64,000 nucleotides of DNA. It comes from the human T2T-CHM13v2.0 reference genome, Homo sapiens. The stretch lies in NCBI RefSeq assembly GCF_009914755.1, contig NC_060930.1; one strand, 5' to 3'. The notes beneath the pieces are model-generated. The model was not told the DNA's origin. It worked only from the letters and a program-made list of their open reading frames with translations, and made no database searches. This document shows positions 31,231-51,537 of the stretch, one piece after another; position 1 is the stretch's first letter, and each line of letters begins with the position of its first letter. The position numbers and the translations under genes were made by a program.

Positions 31231-34200
31231 CAACCTCTTCCTCCCACTCTTTTTGGCACTGAATGATTCTTACTTTCAATTACGGTTATTTATTTACATC
31301 TTCCTCTTGGAGACTATTAACCCCTTGAGGGCAGAACCTACTTGATCTCATATAGAGTTTTCTCTCCTCCCTTTCTTCCTACCACCTAACTTGTAGCACC
31401 CAGCACGGGACCAAAGGCAAGGTTGGTATTTATTCATTCAGTAAATATCCGGGAATGCTTCCTATGTGCCAGCCACTGTATTCATTCAGTATTTGTTGAA
31501 TTCGTGTGATATGTGCTACTTACACAGGTCTGTTTGGACGCACATGTGGAAAAATAGCTAGCAGCCAGCCTAGCATCTGATGAGCTGGAGCATCCAAGCA
31601 AAAGAAACATTTTTAAAAAGCAAAACATCAGACCCACCTCCCATTCAACTCCCCTAGAGGACTGGGCAACACAGAGACACACAACTATCAAATATAGTGA
31701 TTCTTTTTCTTCATCTAGCGAAAGTGACTGGCAGACCACACAAGTTGGCAAAGGCAATGACAAAATTCCTGATATAGTAGTTGTCCTTAAAAAAAAAAAA
31801 AGACCTTTAAACTTAATGACATCCAGCATTAACCATCTTTACAGCAGTCAGCAGAGAGAAGGACCTTGACACTGGTTCACTGGAAAGGGTAACCAACCTG
31901 ATGCACACCTTTTGTTTCAGCAATCACTGCCTGTTGTGTGATTTCTGATTATGATTAGGGTGACCACATAACTTACCTCCAAATCAAAATATTCTTGAGC
32001 ATGAAAGAAGCAACTATCAAGAATTACATTGGAATAACATGAATAAACTGGGCCATACGGTCCCCACAATTATAAAAGAAAGGTCAAATATTAATGATTT
32101 TGCCGTGGAATTTTACTTGATGTTTTCACGTCTTCAGATTCATTGGCAGTAGTCTTTACCAGAAGAGCTAAAACACTAAAATTCTGCGAGTCAAGCAAGA
32201 GTTTGCAAAACATCCCACGGAGCCAACACACTATCTATACTTGGTACATAAATACAGCATAGCTAAAGAGGAAGGCCACGCTAAGATCTCTAACCCGGAA
32301 GACCAATTAACTATCTAAATGAATTAGCATTCTGTTTACACTTCAACTTCTGGAAGCTAATTACTATTTAAATAAAGCCTTCTACCTTAATTACAGCTGT
32401 TAGCACGTGAAAGTTTTAGGGAGGCCTGCCTTCCTAGCTGAAATGCAAACTTGAGGACATACAAAGCTATTAATGGCATACAAAGCTAATAAAGGCAGAA
32501 TCTTAAGTAAATGGCTTTAAAAATTAAGTATATATAAAAGGATAATTTGTAAATTTGCTAACTTTTCTTCTCTGCTAGCTAAAATCTGTAGCTATTACAC
32601 CATATGTTCACGCACATTACCAAACTGCAGCTATGCCATCTTCCAGATCAGAACTCTTCATTTGTGTCTTAATGTTTACTACAATTCCTCGCACATACAA
32701 GGAGTTCAATAAGCCTTTTTAAAATTGAATTAATATGTAGAACAGATACTAGAACCCAGATCTTCTAGATTTCTTTCCAGCTCTTCCGTTTTTCTGACTT
32801 TGACCCTTCTTGCATGTTTAAGTCATTTATTCAGTTGATGAAATACGTATTAGGTACTCACTAAACTAAGCACTAGGAGGATTCAGAAATGATGAGTAGC
32901 CTTTTAGATCAAAAACACCATGTGACTTTCTAAAGGTGGATTTCTTCTGTAGTCTTTCATCCAAGGAAAGTGACCTGGTAAATAAACACAAACAAGGGAG
33001 TTCGAGGACCAATGTGATATTAACGTTTTAAGCTTGTTCAAAATTTATTACTTCTTTATGTGAGAGCAAGGGATGGAGTATTTTGGATTGGTGGTTATAC
33101 CTATAATTTGATAAACACAGAGGAGCAAATTAAGCAAACTTTTAAGCAAATTATTAATCTGCAAAAAGCCAGTCTCCTTCCCCAGTTAAAAACAATGTAA
33201 TGTTTTCCAGAATAAAAGAAAGAAAGAAAGCAAGTTGCTCTAAATATTCAACTTTATTTCGCAATCTGAGGTTCTTCTCTTATTTTCTTTCCCTCACATT
33301 TCTTTTTAACTATTTTCAGAAAATTCAAAATTATTTAATTTTTTCACATATAATTGTCTCGTGTATGTTCTTAAGTTATCTTTTATCTTGAGAGATACCA
33401 AAAACGTCTGCAGTTTTCTGCCTGGAAAATATCCTACAGTTAGAGCTAAGCATTCTTATCTATGACATTACATCAGTGCAAAGTCATCACTGGTTAACTA
33501 AATTATCCAGACTGCTCATGTTCTTGTCTTTCATTTAATTCCATTTGGTCTGAATTCTTCACACCACGGTAATGTAGTTATCTCCCTGAACATGCCAGGT
33601 TCCCTATCAGATAATTCAGGTAGTAAAGACTTCAAACTTTATTATATTTTATTTTTCAAGTGCTGCCTCACTTATTCAAATTCTTCTGATCATTCAGGAA
33701 CGTTAAGTCATTCTACAGTTGGAAAGCTGGTATTTGGCTTTCTTTTACTGAGCCCTATCTCTAACTCAAAGATCAATGTCAATTAGATAAATATTCAAAA
33801 ACCTCACCTACTTTAAATCATACTTGGAAAAGTTGATTAATCTTTTCTAATAAAAAGAGAAACATTGATGTTGCTAAATTCTATTTTCAAGGCCTTATCG
33901 TTGTACCTTGGAAGAGTTGATAGATGAGGCAGTACCCACAAAAGAACTGGATGTCCTTGCCCTGAAGTGCAGAAGCTACTAACGAAGGAGGGTGCCACAG
34001 ACAAAGAGGGAACAATCAAGCCTGCATTTTTTCCTGTGGATTTTTATTACTTTTTGTACCCCCTATCGAGTTGCAGATTATCCAAAAAGAACAGAATGCC
34101 ATTTACACCAGCTGTTCTTACAGTTCCAATTTAACTTTATGGGACTCATAATCTCAGAACAAGTCAATATAATACCAAGAGTTTCAGACTCGGTGATTTT

Positions 34201-34268
34201 TGCTTCAATCATAAATTCTATGCTGATAAGGACAAAGTCTCAGGGTGAAAAAAGATTAATGAACATCA

Positions 34269-34740
<472 letters not shown>

Positions 34741-36417
34741 GCAGGTTTGAGTATCCTAAACGCACTAAGCTAAAATTTTTTAAAATCTCTACAATGTTAA
34801 CAAGAACATAAAAATAGTTTATATATTGTTTTATGTATTCAAGACACTTCTAGTAAAAATAAATAATAACAATTTAAAAATATGTATTGTTTTATATTTT
34901 TCTAACTTCAGTTTGGCATAACAAATATTTAATAATCCTGTTTCAAATAAAATAGAAATATATACCCAAATGCCCCAGACTATAACTAAGGAGCTTTAAT
35001 TAACTTTGAGCTCAGTCTAAAAGTTGTCTGCTCTTCCATTACTTAGCTACCATTCCATACAGAGGAGGAGACTTTCTTCTAGTTTCAACCTACCAAAGGT
35101 ATTTAAATTCTGCAGCCATTGCTAATCAACACATCCAGATTTTTACTAAAGGCACATATATGTTTCCCCTTTGGGATCCTTAGACATTTGAGCCTGTAAC
35201 AGGAGACTATTCCTTAATTTTCCACAACTAGCTCCTTGCATTTGGAAATACTATAACCATTTGGGATGGGAGAGCGGTGGAAAGAAAAAGAACGTAGAAA
35301 AGCAGGAAGTGTTTCAGTCTACTTCAACATCAAAAGGGAAAGGATGAAAATTAATACCAATCAGGGTTTCCTGTAGGCAGTCAGATGATTTCATAGGATT
35401 TTGAGAACACTCCCAAAGGTCTCATAGAACAGGAAAACTCACACTTACTGCCAAAAAGTCAGCAAAGTGATTGTTGAAATCCACAACCAGCTCACAAATG
35501 ATAGCGACAGTCATTGTTTTACAGTAATTGTTTTAATACATGCGCATTCCATTCTGGGAAAACTCCCAGATCAAATCTCTTTTTCCGTTCGAGTTCTGTA
35601 TAACTTTTGCTTTTGGTTACAAAGGAATGGGCTTCTATCCGTTTCTTTTCCACTTTTTTTCCCATTCTCCTGGGCCTAGTCCCAGAGAAACAGCTGGAGT
35701 AACGGGCAGGTGGCAAGAGGGATTTCAGAAGCTGGAGGAGCCTCAGTTTAGGGAGCCACAGAAAGCCCTTGGGTGGTTAAACCAGTGTTACCTGAGTCCA
35801 AGGAAATCTCTGCTGCTAGTGGAGAGAACCCAAGGGAGAACCTGAATAACACTGGGAAATTAAGGCCACAGACTTCACTTCTGTCCTGCTCCAAGTTACA
35901 TCCCCTGGGTGTACCGCTCAGTGGCCAGCCAGATGGAGTATGGGGTTTCTATCTATTTAATATTTCTCCTAGCACGAAAGGACAAGAGACATAGGGCCCA
36001 CTTCATAAAGCACCTTCTTAAGGTTTAAGAAGGACAGGAATACAAATGCAATGCTGGTCTCACCTGGGAGGACCACGCAGTGCCATCGAAGGGGCCAAGT
36101 GTGCCAACTGTGTCACTCCTTTTCCAGAGTCACCTCCTCTGCCTTTGCGTCCATGTCTTCTTGTGAGATAACTTCATTTCCACTAAAGTGCTGGCCTAAG
36201 ATTTCCCTTTTCTTGGAAAATTCATGTTTCCAAGAGGAACACTTCGCGATCCCAACTAACTTTATTATCCCAATCTCTTACCCAGTTTATAACTGGCCCT
36301 GTAACCTTGAGCAAGTCAGCTTCTTTGGGTGGAAAGGAACATTAAGGATCCTTCTAGCTGTAACATTCTCTTTTCTAATATTGAGATATCAGTTGTTGAG
36401 GGCAGCTAAGGAAGGGG

Positions 36418-36735
<318 letters not shown>

Positions 36736-36802
36736 AAGAAGCCATTTTTGAATGAGAGAACAAATGAATTCCTTCCTGTCTGCCGTGAGTTCACATGGCT
36801 TA

Positions 36803-37679
<877 letters not shown>

Positions 37680-37867
37680 TTATCAGAAGCTATCAATAAT
37701 GCAATGATAGCAAATCATACTTTGCATGTCAAACTGAGGCATTTCTGTCAGTATTAAAATAAAGATATTACATCCACAGAGAAATACTTGTTGCCATTAT
37801 TGGTCATCAGATGCCAACTCAGGCTCCCCTTGAGGGTCTGACTCCCCAAGAAAGAGACACCATCTGG

Positions 37868-38770
37868 TGTGATGGTTAATTTTAGGTACCAGTTTGACTG
37901 GGCTAAGGGATGCCCAGAGAGCTGGTAACACGTTATTGTTATTTCTGGGTGTGTCTGTGAGAGTGTTTCTGGATGAAATTAGCATTTGAATCAGTAGGCT
38001 GAGTAAAGATCACCCGTACTACTGTGGGCGACCATCATCCAACCACTGAGGGCCCAAATAAAACCAAAGGCGGAGAAAGTGTGGATTTTGTCTCTGTCTC
38101 CTTGAGCCAGAGCACCTGTCATCTCTTGTCCTCAGACATCAGCGTTCCTGGTTCTCTGGCATTCAGACTCCAGTACTTATACTAGTAGCCCATACCCCCA
38201 TCCCCCACCACCCCCGCCCCCCACCCCACCCCCCCACAGGTTCTCAGGCCTTCGGACTGAATTACACCATTGGTCTTCCTGCTTTTCCAACTTGCAGAGA
38301 ACAGATGGTGGGACTTCTCACCCTTCATAATCGCGTGAGCCAATTCCCATAACAAATTAAAAAATGAAGTATATTGATATATACTTATATATGTCTGTGT
38401 GTGTACGTGTATGTATATGTGTGTATATGTATGTATATGTGTGTATATATATGTATGTATATGTAGGTATATGTGTGTATATATATGGGGGAGTTAGCAT
38501 CTTGCATATTTGAGACATCTCTAGTTTTACAGTGACACACACTGAAGATGTTGGAAGCTCTTTGTCTCAGAAACACCTAATATTTTACAAAGTGTTCATA
38601 TATATATATATATATACACACACATATATATACACACACATACATATACACACACACATATATACACACATACATATATACACATGCCTGCGCACGCGCG
38701 CACACACATACATACATACATATATATATATATATATGTTGGGTTTTTTTCTCTGAAGAACCCTGATACA
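37868..38770 (+). mobile_element. MLT2 (ERVL) LTR with internal TA/TG/CA microsatellites
   Basis: Starts TGTGATGGTTAATTTTAGG and ends CTCTGAAGAACCCTGATACA. Confidence 0.85.
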
Positions 38771-40694
38771 CCTGGTGTAAACAAAGGGGCTCCAATTTCA
38801 CTTAGGACCAAAACATTATCTGCCTTCCAGCCCCCTTTGCTCTGTCTTCCCCACAAACCTTACAGGCAAATATTGTTTGAGCTTTCATTTCTCTGGATTT
38901 TTACAGTTTGTATTCTGTTTAGTTCTGTGGTTCTCATTTCTTTTTTCCTCATATGAAAACACAACTATAAAATGACCTCTAATTAAGTTGTTATTTTACA
39001 AAGACTGAAAATCCAAAACCAGTGGAGTTTTTTTTGTTTTTGTTTTTTGTTTTTTTCCAGAATAGTGTACTGGAAGGTTCTAGTAGCCCTCCCACATCTC
39101 TTCATCAAGTAATGATCCACCAAATCATTTCATCTGTGATTAAATCATCTACAATGTCTTCCTCAGCCCTGTCATCATAAATTTAACCATTGCAATGCTG
39201 CTTAACATCAACATAAATACATCTTAGGTATGCATCCTCTCACTCAAAAGAATTCTCAAATGTAAGTATTGCTTTAATCAGCACTTGGCTTTTGTTTATT
39301 TAGGGCTCTTTGTGTAAAATATTAGATGTTTCTAAGACAAAGAGCTTCCATCCTCTTCAATCTATATCACTATAAAACTAGGGTGCTAACTCGCTCACCA
39401 ATGCTTTCCCTACTCCTCCTTCTCTCTTTAACATCTGGCTCCATCAGCAGCTTCTTCTATTGAATGTGGGATCTAGTACGAATTAAACCTCTACATAACT
39501 GACAAGGTCTGAAATTTGACTGATTATCTTTTATATGGTTTTAAAAATTTCTTCTGATAGCATTTTTTTCTGCTGTTTTATTTGTTGGAAAAGTGGCAAC
39601 AATTCAAGGAATGGTGTTTTCTTCAGTTACTAATTAATCCACTAAGAAACTTAAAAGCATTCCCTTCTGGGAAAAGGGAGCCTTATGTAGTTCACAAAAG
39701 TCCTTTATCCTAAAAGGTCCAAAGGCTAAATCATTGTCAATCTCCAGTAGAGCTGCCATACTTTTAAAGACTCCCTGAAGGCGTCTCATGGAAGACTGCT
39801 CAAAGAAGAAGTCCAGTCATGGAGAAAAGTCGAGCTTGATGAATTCCACATTCAGCATTTCAGTCACTTAGAGATAAGCCTTGTAACTGTCATCACATAT
39901 GGGCCACAAAAGGAGAACCTCTTATCTGTTCCGGTTAAGTATGTAAATATTATAGCCAAGTAGCCAAAAAATTACTCCTTGACTCACATTTCTTTAGATG
40001 TTATTGATATCCTCGGAACAACCATGCACAATCCCCCACCAGGTTTTTGGGCTAAAATGTAACTGACCAAAAATGGAAAGTTTCATTTTATCTTACAGTA
40101 TTTATGTACCAACAATCCTGAGTAGTCTCCACATAGGAGCTGGACTTCTGTAGACAATATATGCACCACAAAATTAACTTATTTGAGAACTGGAGGGGAT
40201 TTTTTTCAAATTGACAAATGAAAGTTGTAAATATTTATGGTGTACAAGATGATATTTTGATATACACACACAGTGTGGAATGGCTAAATCAAACTAAGAG
40301 GGGATTTTATTTTACCCTGGAGCATGTAATTCCAGTATAGCTGTCATTTAGGCAAATAATCTTTGATACAAATGTAAAGTAATAACAAGTGATCTTAAAT
40401 TCATCCACAATTTCAGAAATGAAAAAGAAAAATCTCAAATATTTTTATTAAGGAAAATTTAAATGATGGTGGCAGCTTAGAAGTGACTAAAGTAGTTAGA
40501 AGAATGAAGCTCAAGAAATCAAAATTGTCAATAATTCTTTGTCCAACAATAATATTAATCGATAATAAGCAACAGATGTAAAACAAGGCATAACAAGGTA
40601 TTATATGCTAACAAACAATATGAATAAAACAAGTCATGGCTAATTTAAAGGTCTCTGAAGCACACCATTTGTTTTTTAATGCATCAGGGTAATT

Positions 40695-41550
<856 letters not shown>

Positions 41551-43305
41551 CTACATGATGATTTCTATCACATAAATATACAATACTATATTTATCAAGC
41601 ACTATATGTTAATAGATTCATTATCAATCCTATCCCGTTAGAATGTAAGCTGCATGAAAGAAGAAAGTTTGTTTTGTTCATTGCCATAGACTTACAGTGT
41701 TGATAAATAAATAAATATTTCTTGAATGTGTGAATCACTTGATGAGTTTACCATAATTTGTATCAGATTAAAAAATGGAGAATAAAAAACTTTTTAGACT
41801 AGTGTTTCATCAGTGGTAAGCTAAATAAACTTCAGCAAAGGGGTTAAAAGGTCATCATATTTATAGTTGAAAGCTGGAATAACCTTTCTACTGTTAATTT
41901 TGTTGTTTAGATACAGTACCTGTGAAATCTATTTGTTGACAAAAGGAAAAGATTCAACTGTAGATAAAATTCTATAATTTCTACACATAGTGTTTAACAA
42001 GTATGAGAAGAGAAAGTATTATAGAAAAACAATTACCAAACACACACATATAACACACACACACACGAACACCCCAGAGTCTGGTGTGGAAGTGTACTAA
42101 AAGGTCTCTACATGATGAACTCTATCAACAACTTCAAAATATTAAGGGACTGTAACATGAGTACAATGTGGTAAGTCTTCTACGAGCCAAAATAAATAGC
42201 GCAGTGTTCATTTTCAACACTCACAAAGCTGTTGCTTTCCTATGTGTGCCACAGAGCAGACAGGTCAGTACGTTTTCTTTCTTTCAGCAGCATTCCTATT
42301 TGCATCTAAAGACCCATCTAATCAATCTAATTATTTTCCACCATGTCCAATTGAATCCTTCTCTACTAAATTGCTTCTCTATTCAAGCTGTACAATTTCC
42401 TCTGTGTTCTTCCATGGTCATCATTGTATCTTTTACTTTCTTTGCCTTCACTGGACGTTAAAGAAGTGCCTAGTAAATGGCTATTCTGTATTTTACCATT
42501 CAGGTCTAAAACAGCCTTAAAAAGCCTGTAGTTATCTCCTGATCAATCCAACAAGGAGTTGAGTGTCTACCACCAGCTCCTACTGTTCTAGGTGATGTAA
42601 ATGAAATAACATTTTTGAAAATTAGATCATCTTTTCCAAAAGAAAATACAATTCACCACAAAAAGATGGCACCGTAGTGAACAAGATTATCACACTAGTC
42701 TTATATTAGGCAATTGGTAAAAGTATGTATGAGTTCAGCTTCCTGGCTGAATTGTGTCCCAGAGATGGAAACTACGGAAGTTCAGTGAAATCAGAAATAG
42801 GTAAACATTTCAGAAGCAAAGTTAGTACCAGGTCTGTATGGGTGGCTTGAGCTAAAAGCAGATTGGTTTCCATGTCCTAAAGAAAGCAATCCCAGAAATT
42901 AAAAAGAGAAAAAGAGAATGAACAGAGAAAATAATAGCGCATGAATAAATCAGGGACATAAAAACTGACTTAATAATGGGATTCCACCTTTAATAGAAAA
43001 AATGACGATTGAATGTTTTATGAATTACTGATACCTGGGACAATGAAAATAAGAATTGTCTGACACTCTTCTGTTTAAGAGGCAACAGCAGGCAGGAGCT
43101 TGTGAGATGTGTCGTCACTGGCCTGGGTCTGGTCAGGTGACATCCACTTTTCTCCCTTGTCCAGTGGTTTTAAAAAATAAATGCAGAGAAACATGGCGTG
43201 CCAGGTATAGACAGCTTACAAAGAATATTGGGAGAAAGGAAAATCATGGTAAGAACAAAATAAGATGATGAAGTGGAGCATCATAAGTAATCTCGACCCT
43301 TCCAC

Positions 43306-43732
43306 CTGTGTTAGTTCATTTTGCATTGCTATAAAGGAATAGTCAAGACTGGGTAATTTATAAAGGATAACAGGTTTATTTGTCTCACAGATCTGCAGGT
43401 TGTACAAGCATTTCACCAGCATCGGCTCAGCTTCTGGTGAAGCCTCAGGAAGCTTTTAGTCATGGCAGGATGGCCAGGAAGCCAGCGTGTGACATGGGGA
43501 GAGAGGAAGCAAGAGGAGAGAGAGGAGGAGGAGGTGCCAGGCTTTTTTAAACAACCAGCACTCAGTTGAACTAACCGAGTGAGAATTCACTCGTGACCAT
43601 GGGGAAGGCACCAAGCCATTCATGAGGGACCTGTCCCCATGACCAAAACACCTCCCACCAAGTTCCACCTCCAACATTGGGGATCACATTTCAACATGAG
43701 ATTTGGAGGGGAGAAATAGCCAAACCATAGCA
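43306..43732 (-). mobile_element. MST-type MaLR solo LTR
   Basis: TGTGTTAGTTCATTTTGCATTGCTATAAAGGAATA ... CATGAGATTTGGAGGGG ... CAAACCATAGCA. Confidence 0.88.
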
Positions 43733-43964
43733 CCACCTCATCCCCCTTCCCACCCCATGGGTGCTGCAGTTCCCTGCTCTGTTACTGTTAACCTCTTCAA
43801 TAGGCATCACTCATGCACACATGCGCCAGGCCCCGTGTTGTCTGGGGGACACAGTGGTGCGCCAAACAGGCAAGAATTGCTGTCCTCATGGATATCCCCC
43901 CTCTTCATGTACTGCATTTATTGTCTGCCTCTACCACCTTAAAAAGCAAGGTCCAGGAGTTGTT

Positions 43965-45730
43965 TTATATATATACATATGTGTCTGTGTATATAAGTAT
44001 ATATACATATATGTGTATATGTGTGTATATGTGTATATACATATATGTGTATATGTGTACATACATATATGTATGTATATGCATATATGTATATACACAC
44101 GTGTATATATACATACATGTGTATATACACGTGTGTATATACATGTGCGTATATACATATGTGTGTATGTGTGTATCTACATATGTGTGTATGCATATAT
44201 ACACATATGTGTGTTTATACACATACATATAGATATATGTGTGTATATACACATATACATATAGATATATGTGTGTATATACACATATACATATAGATAT
44301 ATGTGTGTATATACACATATACACATACAGATATATGTGTATATACACATATACACATACAGATATATGTGTGCATATACACATATACACATACAGATAT
44401 ATGTGTGTATATACACATACAGATATATGTGTGTATATACACATACAGATATATGTGTGTATATACACATACAGATATATGTGTGTATATACACAGATAT
44501 ATGTGTGTATATACACATACAGATATATGTGTGTATATACACATACAGATATATGTGTGTATATACACATACAGATATATGTGTGTATATACACATACAG
44601 ATATATGTGTGTATATACACATACAGATATATGTGTGTATATACACATACATATAGATATATGTGTGTATATACACATACATATAGATATATGTGTATAT
44701 ATACACATACATATAGATATATGTGTATACACATACATATAGATATATGTGTATATACACACATACATAGATATATGTGTATATGTGTATATATACATAT
44801 AGATATATGTATGTGTATATATACATATAGATATATGTATGTGTATATATACATATAGATATATGTATGTGTATATATACATATATATACATATAGATAT
44901 ATGTGTATATATACACATGTGTATATATACACATACATATAGATATATGTGTATATATACACATACATATAGATATATGTGTATATATACACATATGTGT
45001 ATATGTGTATATATACACATATGTGTATATGTGTATATATACACATATGTGTATATGTGTATATATACACATATGTGTATATGTGTATATATACACATAT
45101 GTGTATATGTGTATATATACACATATGTGTATATGTGTATATATACATATAGATATATATATCTATATACATATATACACATACATATATCTATATACAT
45201 ATATATACACATATAGATATATGTATCTATATACATATACACACATATAGATATATGTGTATATATACACACATATAGATATATGTGTATATATACACAC
45301 ATATAGATATATGTGTATATACACATATATCTATATGTGTGTATATATACACACATATAGATATATGTGTATATATACACACACATATAGATATATGTGT
45401 ATATATACACACACATATAGATATATGTGTATATATACACACATATAGATATATGTGTATATATACACACATATAGATATATGTGTATATATACACATAT
45501 ATCGATATATGTGTATATATACACATGTGTATATATACATATGTGTGTATACACATGTGTATATATACATATATGTGTGTATATATATGTGTATATATAC
45601 ATGTGTGTATGTGTATATATACGTGTGTATGTGTATGTATACATGTGTGTGTATATATACACATACATATGGATATATGTGTATATATACACATACATTG
45701 GATATATGTGTATATATACACACACATAAA
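43965..45730. repeat. ~1.8-kb TA/CA/TG compound microsatellite/VNTR with 24-32-bp higher-order units
   Basis: For example ACACATACAGATATATGTGTGTATAT (26 bp) and ACACACATATAGATATATGTGTATATAT arrays. Confidence 0.97.
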
Positions 45731-46269
45731 ATTAATATTGAGTTTATACATATAACAACTCATTAATTTTTCTCACATTAAACAAATATCTTCTAATGAA
45801 ATTTTAAAATGACAGGGGAAAGCCTTTGATACTGGTCCACGTGTTTGCCTTTCCTCAGAATAATCCTTCTCAAGGAGTGAGGAAGCTGGGGTATTTATAC
45901 ATCAATTCCCTGCAGTCTTTGATTGAGAGTTGCTTCCAAGGAATTGTTAATTTCCTGAATTAGAGCAACTGTTTTGGCCAGAGAAAGCCCTCAGGCAAAG
46001 AGTTGTAGCCGTTAGCAGTAGGTCATAGAGCCAGCTTGCTCTGAGATGGTGAGGGCTGAGAGGAAAGGATGGGGCAGAGTTTGCTACAGTTTATAATTAT
46101 AGATGCTACATTACAGAATGCCTTATTCAGAGGCACACTAGTTGAAGGTGCCCATGGCCTTCCTCTGCCATGGCCCTCCCTACAGGGGAGCTAAGAGGAC
46201 GTGACCACCTGGATCCCATGTAACCCCTTCTAGGCCATGCTTCAAGGAGCTGGAATCCCAAAATTCCTT

Positions 46270-47290
<1,021 letters not shown>

Positions 47291-48027
47291 GGTAAGAGAA
47301 GAGCTCTTTGGAAATCTGTAAGTGTGTATTGGTTTCCTATCAGCAGCAATATCTGGTTTTCACTTTTTTTTTTTTTTATGGTAGCAGCTACTGGTGCTCA
47401 ATGCCTAGATTTATCCATTAATTAGGCTTGCATACTAGTAATGTTCTAATTCTACTACTTTGCTTTTATTTATGCAATGGAATAATTTTATAAGATGATT
47501 CTTCCTCTCGTCTATTTGGTTACCAGTGCTGTGGTTCACACGGGAAAAGCAGGACAAGTGCTTGATGTTCCCCCTTATAAAGTTTTCATGATAATAAGTT
47601 GGGTCTTTAAGGTTTCTTACTTTTTATTTTTATTGTATCCATTTTCAAAGTCATGGTTTTAAACATATTTGATAGGTTTCAATCCATTGAAATTCTTATT
47701 CTTATAGAAGTTCAAATGTTCCCATCTTTGGCCAGTGAGAGCTTCAGACTGGCTTGCCAAGTCCTTTTGACATTGTGTCTATGCCATTTAGTCCTCAAAG
47801 CAATTATTTGATGTAGGTATTTTTATCTCTATTTTACAGGTGGGTTTACTGCAGTTAAGTGCTTTGCCCACAGCTACACAGTAAATGATGGAAATGGAAT
47901 TAAAGTCTAGGCAATCTTTTTACAAAGCTTGACCTCTTCAACACTACGATAACTCACTATTGACAAGAATATGTCCAACTTTAGCTTTACAAGTCTTAAC
48001 TGGGTCAGATAATATTACATATGTACT

Positions 48028-48952
48028 TGTATTGGTCTGGGTTCTGCAGAGAAACAGAATGAATAGGAGATAATATTTTTACATCTGTATATAATTTGTA
48101 TGTGTGTGTGTGTCTGTGTGTATATATGTGTAGAGAGAGAGAGAGAAATTTACTATAAGGATTAACTTGTGTGATGAAGGCTTGTATTAGTCCATTCTCA
48201 CTCTGCTAATAAAGACATACTCGAGACTGAGTAATTTATAAAGGAGAGAGGTTTAATTGACTCACAGTTCATCATGGCTGGGGAGGCCTCAGGAAACTTA
48301 CAATCATGGCAGAAGGGAAAGCAAACAGGTCCTTCTTCACATGGTGGCAGCAAGGAGAAGTACCAACCAAAAGGGAGAAGCCCCTTAAAAAACCGTCAGA
48401 TCTCATGAGAACTCATGCACTATCAGAAGAACAGCAATGAGGTAATTCCCCCATGATGCAACTGCCTTCCGCCAGGGCCCTCCTATGACACATGGGGATT
48501 ATGGCAACCACAATTCAAGATATTTGGGTGGGGACACATCCAAACCGTATCAAAGCTGAATAGTCTAATCTCTGCAGCTGGCAAGCTGGACACCCAAGAA
48601 AGCCAGTGGTATAGTTCCAGTCTGAGTCCAAAGGCCTGACAACCAGGAACACTGATGGTGTAAGTTCCAATCTGAGAGGGGGAAAAGACCAATGTTCTAA
48701 CCCAGGCAGTCAGGCAGTGAGAGCACATTCTTCCTTACCCTGCCTTTTATACTATTCAGGCCTTCAACCAATTGGATGAGGCCCATCCACACTGCAGGGT
48801 GGGGGTTGGAGGGCAATCTGCTTTACTCAGTCTGCAGATTCAAACACCAATTTCATCCAGAAATACTCTCACAGACACACCCAGAAATAATGTTTAACCA
48901 ATATCTAGGACCTTGTTACTCAGTCAAATTGACACATAAAATTAACCATTGC
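48028..48952 (-). mobile_element. MLT2 LTR interrupted by a THE1/MST LTR (~48183-48552)
   Basis: TGTATTGGTCTGGGTTCTGCAGAGAAACAGAA start; TTGACACATAAAATTAACCAT end; nested MaLR consensus. Confidence 0.85.
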
Positions 48953-49335
48953 AATATTCTTTTGTAATTAATGTTTAAGTGAACGTATTGCAGACTGTAG
49001 TACAGTCAGGCAACAAACATAGATTTTGCCACTGGCCAGAATCACTGTCAGAAGAAGTTTTATGGATGGTCATGGTTTGGTGTTGGCCATATACAGAGGC
49101 AAAGCAATGTGGCCTACGCAGTGTTGAAGTGTAGGTGACAGTTCAACAAAGTCAGTCTCCAGACATTCCCCCAGCACCATTAGATTTGAGCTGTTCATTT
49201 CACAGGAACCTAAATACTAAACTAGATTTAAACTATCATTCTGTTCTCCACATTGAAGATGGTCTATAACATAAGAACAATGAGCAAAGACAGAAAATCA
49301 TAATAGCAATATTCAAACAGTCAAAGGCTGAATGA

Positions 49336-50360
<1,025 letters not shown>

Positions 50361-50414
50361 GGTACCTTTCATGGGTCATCATTTTTCCTATGAGAGGATC
50401 AAGAGCCAGTGAAG

Positions 50415-50714
50415 CTGGCCAGTGGCTCACACCTGTAATCCCAGCACTTTAGGAGGCCAAAGCAGGAGGACAGCTTGAGCCTAGTAGTTTGAGACCAATC
50501 TGGGCAATATAGTGAGACCCCACCTTTATAAAAATTTCTGAAAAATTAGCTGGGCGTGGTGATGCAGGCCTGTAGTCCCAGCTACTCAGGAGGCTGAGGT
50601 GGGAGGATCACTTGAGCCCAGGAGATCAAGGCTGCAATGAGCCATGACTGCACCACTGCACTCCAGCCTGGGTGACAGAGCAAGACCCTGTCTCAAACAC
50701 AAAAACAAACAAAA
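50415..50714 (+). mobile_element. Alu (AluJ-type)
   Basis: Alu consensus; TSD AAGAGCCAGTGAAG. Confidence 0.92.
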
Positions 50715-50959
50715 AGAGCCAGTGAAGTAAAAAGATTTGCCAAAGTCCTCACAGTACAGCCAACACTTGAATCCAGACCTGACTCTTATTCCAGTTTTCC
50801 GTAAACAATAACATATTGATTGCCTCTTGATCCAAGCATAAAAATTAATTCTTTTACTCTCTTTACAAATATCCATTAAACACCCACCAGTTGGCAGCCA
50901 CTAATATAGACAAAGAGATACACTGGTCTGGAAAAAGTTTTTTTCCTTCATGGGACTTA

Positions 50960-51283
<324 letters not shown>

Positions 51284-51537
51284 CTACTGGGAACAATGGA
51301 TAATGATTAACATTAACAACTAATAGCAATAAAACAACTACACAAGAATATATAGCAAATATGACAAGTTCATATTCTGGTAAAGGTGAAAAAATGAAAG
51401 AATGAAAACAAGTTACAGTAATAAAGTATTTTCATAAAAATGAAAAAATTAAATAAAATTAAGTGCAATGTCCTTATAGCCATTTCACAAATAAATCAAA
51501 AGTTAGGCTACACTGTAATAAATGTGTAAAGATTAGA

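Noticed and set aside
43761-45766. 586-aa and other Y/I/H/T/C/V/M-rich ORFs
   Set aside because: Translations of the TA/CA/TG microsatellite.
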